Positions 1 through 12,200 of a DNA stretch of 64,000 nt are shown here, in pieces. The position numbers were made by a program, and so were the translations under genes. Source of the stretch: Phoronis australis (Eukaryota; Animalia; Phoronida); the NCBI GenBank assembly GCA_002633005.1, contig NMRA01000017.1:79125-143124 (forward strand), given 5' to 3'. Position 1 is the first letter of the stretch. Each line of letters starts with the position of its first letter. Under the pieces are notes generated by a model, which saw only the letters and a program-made list of their open reading frames with translations, made no database searches and was not told where the DNA came from.

Positions 1-190
1 TAGGTAACGGCTAAAAACTTAGCTTTTCTCATTCAAAAACACAGGTAAATCAGTTTCCTGGCACTTGTTTTCAACAAATTCTTCGAACCACCCGTCAAAC
101 CTGACGTACCTGCGCCCTGTAGCCTACACACGCGTTTAGTTCCTTGATCCACCGGCAGGGAATGTTTTTGGGTTTGAGAGTAATAGAGTT

Positions 191-202
191 CAAGATGGCG
201 AC
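191..202 (+). promoter_or_regulatory. YY1/TISU-like element over the SMARCD start codon
   Basis: CAAGATGGCGAC versus TISU consensus SAASATGGCGGC and YY1 core AAGATGGCG. Confidence 0.5.
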
Positions 203-299
203 GAGACCTCCCGGTTATCCTCAGCCAAATATGCAACAAAGACCTGGATTTCCACCCCAGGGTCCTCCAATGAGGCCATACCCTCAGCAGCCATTCGCT
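195..299 (+). CDS. SMARCD1: SMARCD exon 1 ([10 protein letters not shown]...QQPFA)
   Basis: ATG in CAAGATGGCG context; Pro/Gln-rich; donor GCT|gtaagt. Confidence 0.85.
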
Positions 300-3200
300 G
301 TAAGTAACAATAGATTTATACACTTATTAACTGACTCGTTATTCGATGATTGCCTTGCTCTCAAAATAGGAATATTCGATTAGTTTTTCTTTGTCTTCAT
401 CTGCCTGGCCTTGCCCTTGGCCTTGCCTTGGTTTTCTCAAGTCAATGACTGGGTCGTAAATGAGTGAATCTCATGTTTCTCGAATGTACTTTTTTCGTTT
501 TCTGTGGTAGGCAAGCCCAAGGCTTAGGGAATTTCGGCGAAAATTGGACGAAACCACCAAGCTAGTTGAGGTAGGTGGTTTCGCCCGAATTGTGTCGGCT
601 AATACATTTGTGACGGGAGCGCCTTGTATTGATGGAGTCGTGAGTTAAGTCGAGTCGTCAGTCAAGATTTTGTTTAATTCCAGAAGCGGACCCCGGAAGC
701 TAAAGTGGTCTACAATTACTGATATTTTAAATGGTTGTCTGTTGGTGAATCCCCTTATTTGGTACTTCCGATGACGAAAGTTTCACTTTACATTTTGATT
801 GGTTTTTACAATTCAACTTGAGACCCCTATTTTAGCGCAATTTGGTACATTCGCGGTGTGAATTTGTCTATATAAATGCGCCCCAAATGGTCAAACTTTG
901 GATTCTACCGAGTCTCGTTTCTATCTAGTAAGAGTCTCACATTTTCAACCCTATATCGGGTCTCGATTCTATCCGGTTAGAGTCTCTACTTTTTAAGTTT
1001 TAACTTTAGGATCAACTTTAGCTTACAAACTTTTCATTTTCTTGGCTTTGGAGACTGACTTGGGCGATTTCGCAGTCGATCCAAACTATTTGAGATTACA
1101 ATGACGATTGAAGCTAATGATGTGCTGTAAGTTTGTAGATTTTTATTTTACATTTAGGGCATAATAAACTCATTATATATGTCTTCTCTCTTGTTTCACT
1201 CTCTATAAGTTGTCACCATCGTTCTCTCGTATGCGATACGAATGAGTGAAAAGGGACACATTGCTGAAATTATTTTTATCGGCTATGAACAGTCGACTTT
1301 AGATCGGTGTTGGTCGCTCTACCGATTCCCGTTACACATTCATTTGACAAGTCATGGGATATTTACAAATCAACCAGTTAGACTCCTTGTTCCTAGTTCA
1401 GCATTAATGCCTTTGAACTTAAAGAATAATAACAATGGTCAAAATCGGGGAAATTCGGACGCCAGTGCGGAAAATGGTAGAGAGCGTTGGAGAAATTCGT
1501 ACCAGCAAATTCTATAGGTAAATCTCGGACAAAATATCTAATAGTACTTTATGATTTCAAAAAATGATAACAGGTGTTATTTAGCAGTGTCAGCATGAGA
1601 CAAATAATAAAATTTGAGAAGTTGTCATGTCCTGGCCACATTAACAGCCTTAAAATATGTCTTCCATTACCAATTTGTATGCAGCCTGCGTGGTAAGCAG
1701 TGCATTTGTTGTTAAAATTTAAGTCGTGAATTGACCTCTTAATGCAAAAGGTTATTATGTGAGTATGAATATCTCTCAAAAAAGCATTGAGAAAAGCATC
1801 TAGTAGTAGTAGCCCAAATGAATGGTGTCCAAATTTCCCCACGGCATACAATAAGTTGAGCATTGGGAAATTCAGACACCCATTTTTTGATCAAATCTTG
1901 CTTTTTGTATGTTTTTCAATTGAAATTAATACTGAAAACAGCATGTGTTATGCGACCAGTAAATATATGTAAATTTACACGACAAGGGACCAAGTGACCT
2001 AATGAGAGTGCACCTACTGTAGAGTCATGGTGCCCAAAATCACCGCGCCAATCAGGCGTCAGAGCAAAGTAAGGTGCTGAACATGCGTCATATGTGATAA
2101 ATAAATTCCTACTATTGTTCCAGGAAATGAATAAGTTTTTCACTTAGTAGAAAAGCAGCTTTGTTATTATTTTTGACATTTGTTTAGACTCTGCCAAATT
2201 TTGTTGCCGTGGGGAGTTTCCCTGCAACCATACTCTTTACCACACTAGGTCTATATATTGTGGAAAGAGTGTACTTATCTGTATCTCAGGCCCTTCAAGT
2301 TTAAGATCTATTTTCTGTATCCATCACTGGCACCAACATTCACTTGTAAATTAACATAAAGCTTGGACACTAAAAATCAGTATTCTCAAAAGTTTCTACT
2401 ATGAAGCTCTATGAAATTAGTATCGCACAAATCTTTGAATACCTCCTTTCACCTGATCACATCATATTGCATTAGACTTAATATCTCTATCGATAGAAAT
2501 TACAATTGATAGATAGTATCTCATGCATATGGGCGGCACAGCTCTGAAACAAGTGGGGGGAAGGGGGTTATAGCTCCCCAGCCCCCTATGGTGTGCTGCT
2601 CATGAGGCATGTTTTCTGTTGAACATTTACCAGGTTTTTTATGTGTTTCAAGGTTGACACTCTGAAGGTGTAACTCCACAGTGTTATTCCTTTCTTATAA
2701 AGGCATTGCATTTTTCAGGGGAGCCCTGCTAGACCGAACTTTGGCAGCCCTGGTCATCAAATGGGAGGCCCCCCTCGAATGGCCGGCCCTCCCCCTCCAC
2801 CTGGGATGCCCATGCATGCCCACCCTGGTGGAATGCCACACCCTTACCCAGTGATGACCCCGCAGAAAGGTTTGTGGAGATATTGAATTTTGCTTGAAAA
2901 TGTCTATTCATCAAATTTCAGCTTATGTGGTAAAGATGGCTTCAACTTTAAAAGCAAGTTTTACTGTTTTTGAAAAACCCAATTTATACCTTGTACTGTA
3001 AACGCGTCTTGCTTTCTTTGAATCTTCCAAAACTTTTAACTGTGTGTGCATTCATTTTAATTGAAATAATTGGTTTCAAGTGTTTGTGTGTTACCAAGTG
3101 CAGTGACCTTGGAGATAACTCAAAACTTCTCGATTCTCCTCTTGACAGCGAGCGGTAAAGCCAAGTCAAGTGAGTTTCTGAATGTTGTCATGGTAACCTT

Positions 3201-6200
3201 GCATGAGGGGGGGTAGGGCAAGCATGCTTGGATGTAACACTGTTGGCACTTCCTTCCACAATTGGGTCAAACTGCGCTTAGGTGCATCTAATGACGTCTG
3301 TTTTAGTACAGGTGTTGGGAGATCTGTATGTTTATCTTAGTAAAAGTCTGTAGTTAGCATGCTTATTAGGTAGGCTTAAATACTTGTGTTAGAAGATATG
3401 CTTGAACATAGTACAAAAGCCGATAATTTGCATTCTGTGATTGTATCAGTTGCATCTTCTTTGTGAAAGGAACTGTTATATGTTATTCTTAAAATTTTTT
3501 GCAACTCTGAGGTTTTGAATAAATATTCACTCCTTTGGGGATCATGGTTGCCACTTGCTTGACTAAGTTCCTGCATCAGTGCGATGACATCTAATGCAAG
3601 CCATCCCATTGTACGTGTGTGAAGGATACCAGCTACAATCTCACCACAAAATGTTTTCCCTTGAATGCAGGAGCAACAGGCGTAGCTCACCACCAGGTGG
3701 AAACATATGACCTCGAGAAGTTTATGGGCAACAGCAGGGCCCCCTACTGGCTTGTTGAATTATTGAATTTTATGCTCTTGAAGACTGTATAGCCAAGTTG
3801 GCTTACTACTAGTCCTGGACAGCACTATAGTTAACATTGTACTGAGTCCAATGAGTTGAGGTGTATGTTATAGGTGCGAATGATATATTGCGAGTTGGAA
3901 TGATTATCTATTAAAATTGTAAACAGACAACATTGCTGTGTGTTAAACCAGTCCTGTGTACAAGAGGGCTGCTGTCAAACTACTCGCAGTGTCACTCACC
4001 AGATACCACTGTCTTGCAGTCACAAATAGTGTTTGTTGGAAATAAGTGAAGAATTATGGTAGTAGCCAAAAGATGTCGCTCTAGTCAGCTAACTCTTTTC
4101 TTCTGTCTCTCCCCAGCCAAAAATAAAGAATCAGGTAAACACATTGTTCCATCTTCTGTAGATCTTGTAGTATTCATGTTCAGTTGTCTGCATGCTGTTG
4201 GTGTACTTGGATTACTGTCACAGATGTAAGAGGGCGCTAGTGAGTTGTGTTTAGTGGAAATGCTCACCTGAACACACGTTGATGGGTAAAACTTTGTAGC
4301 ATTACTGCAACTGTAACTGCATTTTGTAAAATGGGGGTACATTACCTTGAACCATTGCGTTTCCTGGTGGTTTACTGAAACATTCACTAATCATTTGATG
4401 GTGAATGAGACATCTACTGGTGAATCTCCCCTCTCTTGCCTGTGTTGGGCTTTGTTTTGTTTTGTTTCGTTTTGTTTTGTTTTGTTACTAAAATAACATC
4501 TGCTTCTTGAAGGGAAATGACAGAGAATTTTAGCAACTGGTTTTGTGTAGACAAGAATAGACATGGTTAGGGTTATTGTAAAGCTATTTTATACTAAACC
4601 AGCTGCTGTGGCATGTTTACTATTTAAAATTTTCATGCAAGAGTAAATTTTTATAGTTTTGAGTCTTAAGTGTTGTGTTTCTACGGCAACTGTTTTTTCG
4701 TTATTTTTGTTACCATATTAAGAAGGAATCCTCGAGTCGCAAGACTGTGGCATGTTAGAGACGCTGCTCCGAATGAAGTAATTGTAAAACATAGTTAGTG
4801 TTTTTAAATTCTATTTAAAAATAGCTGAATGTTACTAGTGTATATATTGCCACTGTATACTTTTTCACCCCTTAGATCAACTGCTGCCAAGTGCAACTGC
4901 TGTAGAACTGTACATTTCAAGACGGCTTATTTTTGCCAGTTTGGTCCAGGCCATTTCATGACATTTCATTTCACTATTTGTCTTCTCTGGTCACTCCGGG
5001 CTTTCATGTTGGGAAACTTTAGGCTTGTTCCCTACTGAAGGAGATATTTTAACCCAGCCAGAATAGCTGACCACAGTTTTCCATTTTTAGTACGCACAGT
5101 TGCCCACGTAGATTTATGTGTAACTCTAAAAACATGCCTAAATTTGGCTAGCCTTAAACATCTCGTATCCAATTTTAATGAAATTTTCAGATATTGCACT
5201 TTAAATACTATTTTTCAAAATGCTGCTAGACATTATTTTTAAAATTCCCTACTTTGGTGTGAGGGTCCATCAGATTCTTATGGAAAGAAACTAAAAGTTG
5301 CATGAAAGGAAAATGAAATAATTTGGAAAAACGGTTGAAACATTTTTGATATTTCAAAAACTATGTATACATATGAGTTATTTCATAGTGAGGGATTATC
5401 ACCAGAGGGCGCAGTGATAATGCCTCCAAATCCCAGTAGGGGTCCAGATACAGGAAGTAATGCCATAGGATATGTAGATATGGGTGATAACTCAGTAGTA
5501 CATATAATGCTCTATTTATCCCAGATATTTAGCAATGAACTTCATAAAACACGCAAAACAGAAATGAAAATAGTCAACTTTGTGTAACCTCAGTGATTCT
5601 TCATGCAGTGCACTGTATCAGACCACATGTGTGGACATCTTATGTAGAACATCACAGCATGCTCATTATGTTTTCTCACTAAATCATTATTGGTTGTTAC
5701 CCAATTGTTATTAATGATGCATGCTTGTATTGGCGGATAAAAACATACCTTCCGTAAAAATTCTTCAGTTTGGTACACAATATGGCAGACAGATGAAATT
5801 TTGTTTCATCAAGTTTTTCAAGAGAAATAACTTCAGGAAAATTTAGTTTGCTTTTAGCATGGTTTGTGCGGGGTAGTTATTACGAAGCAACATTTGGTAA
5901 AATTTTGAGCGTTTGCAATAATGTGGTATGCATCTGAAAAATAAAAATATGGCAATTTTAACGATTATTTTTGTACCAAATTGAGGAATTTTTACGGTAT
6001 TTAAATTGTGTAGTTGAGTAGGTACTTGACTAAGTACACAGATGTTGGCAGAGTAGTGACTTTCAATGTCTTAACTTTGCTTAAATTGCATTTAAACCCA
6101 TATTTGTGTGCTTTGTTATGCTACAAGGTCTGTGAATTTGTCATAATTTTATGTTTAGCATAGTGCTTTTAATTGATGTTGTTACAGTGCTTTGTATAAC

Positions 6201-9200
6201 TTAGTTTTAATGCAAAATGTATACTGTTCTCTTGTAATCGAAATCAGTGATTTTCATATTTGTTGTTGCGAGAACTGGGCGAACACGTAGCATTTTCGAA
6301 ATTATTTTCTGTCCACACGCGGATTGTTCAAAAGTGTGTGGAACCATTTATACCGGAAATGCTGCACTTGTTATCCATACTATTACAATGAGAATCTTGT
6401 AAATGTTTTTGATGTGTTTTGCCTCTGTTCGTCTTCTGTTGACACCATGTTTTCACCGTAAATTCTCTGTACTTGTATGGTTTCTCTCTCTCTCACCACT
6501 CTCATCTCTGCCGTGTCCTATTTTCTACAGCTTCTAAATCTAAGGATAAAGATTCTTCAGGTGTGTACAAATTGCATGCTGCATGTACACTGTACAACTA
6601 ACACCTCTCTCTTTAAAGCCACGTTCTCACTTTGTGTCTAGTTGACCCTGAAGTCATTTGGTAAAATCTCACTACACGGCTGACAAGTGAAATTTTATGT
6701 TTTTATTTTTTTAATAGATTAGTTGCACCAAGTAAATGCTATACCATTTTAAGCATCTATGCCCTCAGACTATGTTTCTGGGAAATTGTGGACATTTAAA
6801 ACTATGGAAACTTTTGAAAAATGAAAAGACCAATTTTAGTTTTGCCCGAAATTGGTGACGTTTCACCACGCATGAACTGGTGGCATACTGCTGTAGAGTT
6901 TACAGTTTGGTGATTCATCAGCCTTAAGTTTTTTGGCCTCAGGCGGAATGGGAACTCAGTTTGTATAACGTGTAAGAGTTGTATGGTGCTGTCTTAAGTT
7001 ATAGTTAAGTAGCATATTAATTACTGTTAAAATGTTTTAGCCAGTCTTACATGGAGGTCCAAAAAATCAACCAAACAAATTTCATTGTTACTTTGTTTAA
7101 TGCAATGGTTACTGAGTTTGACGCATCCCAGTTCAATCAGCCTGTGTGAAAGCAGCTTTAATTGGTCTTTTAAAACATTACCACTGTTCCTACAGAGGTG
7201 TGTATTGCAGCAGTTTTTGTGCAAAGAACTTGGAACTGTTTTAAACTGTGTAAACACTGTATGCTTAAAGTTGCTCTAAACCTCGGTTGTTCCAGCATTT
7301 TAACTTTTGACTAGTCATATACTATACAAGTGGTCTCATCGTTGTCTCGTACTCAAATGAGAAGAGATTTTTTGGGCTTGGATAAAATCAGCAGTTCGTT
7401 GTTGAGAGCATGTGTCAGACACGTGATGACACGCTGTGACAAGCTTGTGTGCACAACCACTAACAAGCTGTCAGTATTTTCCAAGTCCAGGGTAGAGTTC
7501 AGTGATGCTAGGATCTCACTTGAAAAGTATGACTTCGCGAGATTACACAACATATTGCCGTGTTCTTTAAATGAGATTTTTCTAGCCACGAGACAGCTAC
7601 AGAACTTTACCCAGAATTCACCTGTAATTTTAGTAAGGAACAATTTCAAAACAGTAAGTTGTCTTCAGTTGGTGGAAGGTAGGTTTATTGCAGCTTTGAA
7701 TTGGTGAGAAAGGTTGAACTTATTGCCCTGCTCAGAACTTATAACTGGGTGGCTGTGTAGGTCTGCACGAGCTGAGTTGAGATGAAGAAGATGGCCAGCA
7801 CTGGCATATCCAGAAGTATTCAATAGTATTATAGTGTAACCACGAAATTGTGGGCAGGGGTTGGCGAAATGAGTGGCAAACTGGGGCTCTTTTCAAAGAA
7901 CAGGTGCTAATCTCAAAACTGAAATTTGAATTTGTACTTCAGGGATTTTGTTTGCAATAAAGAGGAGGAGGGGCATGACCCCATTGTGCCGCTTTTCATT
8001 GTGGTGGCGTTGGTCATGCCCAATAGAAACCCCTATTTTGTCATTTTTGTAGCCCATGCATGGAAAGGGTACTTTTGAGTCATAACTGATGGCCACGGAG
8101 GGTAGATAATACAGATCTTACATGGTCCATAATAATTGAGGATCACTCTGGTACTAATATAGACTTGGTCTCTCATAACTCGGGTTGCTCTGGAACCTAG
8201 ATAATATATAGATCCTGTTTTCAAACTTGGTCCATCATAACTGAGGACCAAGTGCTCTTGCTAGATAGACCCCTGTTTTCTGTTTTGCACAATTCTTACT
8301 GAGAACCACAGTTGTTAGATATGTGGACTCCTCTGTTCTGTCCTTATACAGACATAACTCTGCACTTGTAACTGAGGATCACTGGCTCCACCCACTTGTA
8401 ACTGAGGATCACTGGCTCCACCCACTTGTAACTGAGGATCACTGGCTCCACCCACTTGTAACTGAAGATCACTCTTGCTAAGTTGTTTTTACATGAGGAA
8501 CAGTTGTCATGGCGCGAGTTGTCACAGCCCATTTACATTTACACGCAACATTAGATGGCAAACTGGATCAGCAGGAGTCATTTACATGACAAATGTCTGT
8601 GCTTGCTTGCATAAACAGTAGTGAATGTTCAAAGCCTGTGGAATGCTAGCGAATCACTTGTATCTGTGGTATTACGCTGGCGTAATTGAAATGATCCTTT
8701 CCGCCTTGCCCCAGTTTGTGTTTAGACATGTAATTGAAATTGGAGCAATTGATCGAGTGCAATTCACTCTATCTCTCAAATCGGTGTCAAAAATGGTCGC
8801 TGCGGTGTCAACTTGCTCCGTGTCTGGTGTTTACCCACAAATCTCTGCGGATCAGCTGTTCCATGATAGTTGCTCCGTGACAACTTTCTCCGGTGTAAAT
8901 GCAACTTTAGATGTATAGATCCCTGTGTTCTATCCTGACAGTCATACCTCTGTACTACTGGCAACCCCTATTGTAACTGAGGTTTACTGTAGTTACTTGT
9001 CTAGATTCTCCTGTCTTATGTCAACTGCACCTTTCACTCTTAAGGCAAGTCCCGTAAAAAGAAAGACAAAGAAACAGACGGTGATACCGACAGCAATAGT
9101 GAGGGTAACTAGCGGGCATGACACTTTGTCACAGTCAATATTATTTGATATTTGTTTTCTTATTATTTTAATATGTTTTCATTTCTTTATAGTTACACAG

Positions 9201-12200
9201 CGTTCTTCACGATTCGTTATTAGTTTAACTGTTGTTTGCTAAAAAGATAACGTCGCAAAAGAAAATGGATGATTGTATTTTGATTGCGCTTGTGATACTA
9301 AGTGTTACTACCGTACTTGTCCAAGGTAGCGCCCATATCCAGCTTACCCGTCTCCCCCCCCAAATTTTCTTATTTTCACTTCAAAAAAAACCATTTATGT
9401 GACTGAGACTTCCTTCAGTGTCTTTGTGAACGGCAGCCTCATCAGAATTTTGGTACGGAACGTGCTTAGCTATGAGTAATGATGGATCATTTTCTGTGGA
9501 ATCTTGCATTATTTGGTCAGGAATATAACCATGCTGTCCTCATCTTTACAGAAGGAGACATGTTTAGGCTCATGCTAACTGTAATTATCTTTAACGAAAA
9601 AACAGTTGTGTAAGCAGCTCATTGTATGTGTAATGTTCGTAAAGGAACGTACATTGCAGTATGTTGCACTAATGAATTTCTGTGGGCAATTATTCTCTTT
9701 CTTTGGGTAAGTCCCCCCTCGACTTCTCGGAAATTTTGTATGTTAATTATCTATGTTTTTGTTAATGCCTACCCCCTGGTTTTTGAGTTCCTCAATTTAG
9801 CCACCTTGGACGACCACTGTATACACCAAACTATCCGGTGCAAGTTTTGCACGTGTTCCACCGTGGACGAGCACGGTAGTCACCAAATTGTCTGGTGCAA
9901 GTTGTGCCCTTGTGTTCCACCTTGGACGAGCACGGTATACACCAAATTATCTGGTGCAAGTTGTGCACAATGTGTTCCATTCATGTGCTGTTTCGTATTC
10001 TTTCTGTGAAGAAATCTGTGCCTGTGCTCTGATAGCTCTCAGTGCACTGGAAGCCTGTTGTTATTACAATCCCGTGTGGAGTATTCAGTCCCAGTGTTCT
10101 ATCATTTTCTGCCTTTCAAAATTGTCAACAGTTTCAAGCCAGTAGGAGAAGTATACAAATACAACATTATGAACTTGCACTTAAAGACAACATATCGTGC
10201 CCTAAAGTTACTATCTTTTACATTACCTTTGTATCACCAATGGAGTGTGGCAACTGAGCACGGACTCCCCAACTCAGTAATGAGTGTGTTGCATCTGAAC
10301 TGGAGAAAGTGTTGATAATAGTTACCAAGGAACGAATGAACAAACATGAACAAACACTCTTGTTCAATGTCAGTGCCACCATTTATTATTTCTAATCTAC
10401 GTCGTATATTGTGTATTAAATTACTTGTTGCCTTGTGGCTTGATGTTCATGTGATTGACAGCATGTTGTAAGTAAGTAGTTGTATTTTGACAGATGTCAG
10501 CCAGTCATGTGTAGTAATGTTCTCCACAAGACACTGTCTTTGACAACACTTCTGGGAGGTTTGTGTACAATGTTACATGAACCGGTACTTTAAACTGGCC
10601 CAAAAGTGAACAAATATCCTTATATATTTGACAAAGGGGTGCGATAAATCTCCCATTTATTGAAACTTGTTGCATTGGTTTTTAAACTAGCCACGTTGAA
10701 AGACATCCGTATGGATGACAAGTCAAAACAGTTTGTGGAAAACACTGTATGTTGTTGCCAGTTTTCTTAAAAGTGCTAATTAGAATCTTGAAATGTTTGA
10801 TTTTGAACAGTCATGGATAATTCATATTGTTTACCGTAATCGTTCGGGTTAACGCCCTGGGCGGTTAAATTGGCGAACCCAAAAAATCGGGGGAGGGCGG
10901 TTAACCGAGCAGTGGGGGGTTAAATCGAAAATCCACTTAAAGTAGGGGATGGGTGGTTAAGTGAACATGGGCGTTAACCCGAACAATTACGGTAGTTTCT
11001 CTACGGTTCATTGAAAACAGTGTAGTCCATCTGAATGTTAGACTCTTGGTCAACTGATGGAAATATGAACTTGTGTCAGTTACAAAAGACTGATTGTTCT
11101 TGACGTGTGTGAGTTGTAGTATAAACTCAGAAATTTTTTGCATTTCACAGATGAAATTGTTTCTTAAACATTTTTGTCCCATTTATGATGTTGAAAAAGT
11201 TGTCTGAAGTCATAAAAATGCTTTCATGTCAAATGCGTTCTTGTAAACAAAATAATATGAAAGTTCATGTTTTCTGGAAAGTTAAACGAGTTCCAATTTT
11301 AAAATTTTTTTTCTCCCAACATGTCGACTATCCTCATTAAATAGGGTCGCAAGCTTCATTGTGTTAGAGTAAAAAATCTTCAATTTTGGACAAAAATAGT
11401 TGCAAATGCTCAAAATTTTACCAAATGTTGCTCGGTAATAGCTACCCCATACAAACCATTCAAACAGCAAAGTAATTTTTCCTGAAATATCATTTTGTTA
11501 AGAAATTTGACGAAGTGTAATTTCATCTGTCTGCCATATTGTGTCCTAAGTTGAAGAGTTTTTATCATGCCGTTTTGTGTTGTTTTGTTTTGTTAGTTAT
11601 TGTCAGGTAGTTATAATGACTACCATGGTATTATATTCTGTGCTAACCAGCTTTGTCTTTCTCTCTGTAATCATTCTGCGGTGATTCTGACGTCTCCGCC
11701 ATCTCTAGTCACAGCTACCACTGCCATCTGTTGTCGTACACTGTAGTGATCTGAGCTATAGGACTGATGTCTTGTGACACAGTTCCAGTCAGTGTACAAA
11801 CTCTGCTCAACTGATGCCACGCCCGATTCCAGTATCAGAAAGTGGCTTGTGTCAATGCTATCTTGAACTGTTCATTGCAGCAGTCTCAGTCATCAATTGC
11901 AATGATGTGCCAATAAACTGTTTGTAATCTTGTCAACTGCTCTAGATGTATTTGCTAATATTGCAAACTGTTTATTAAGTGATCATGTTTACACAAACAT
12001 TCTACAAATGGGACTGGGTGTTACATCCAATGTGTCTCCATGGAAACCCGTTTATTATCAAATTGCAATGTTAGGTCTAGATTTCCAATCACTAGGCACC
12101 AGTTGAGCCAGCTTCCAAAATGTTTAGGGTCCACAATTTTTAGGAGTACATGAACCAGTCCAGAAATGATAACATTAGTGCAAAACACTGGATGTTGAAA

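Noticed and set aside
4876-4890. Possible fifth microexon (15 nt, DQLLP) after a good acceptor at 4875
   Set aside because: The donor AA|GTGCAA is weak, there is no adjacent GCATG, and the peptide does not match the others; cannot be supported without reads.
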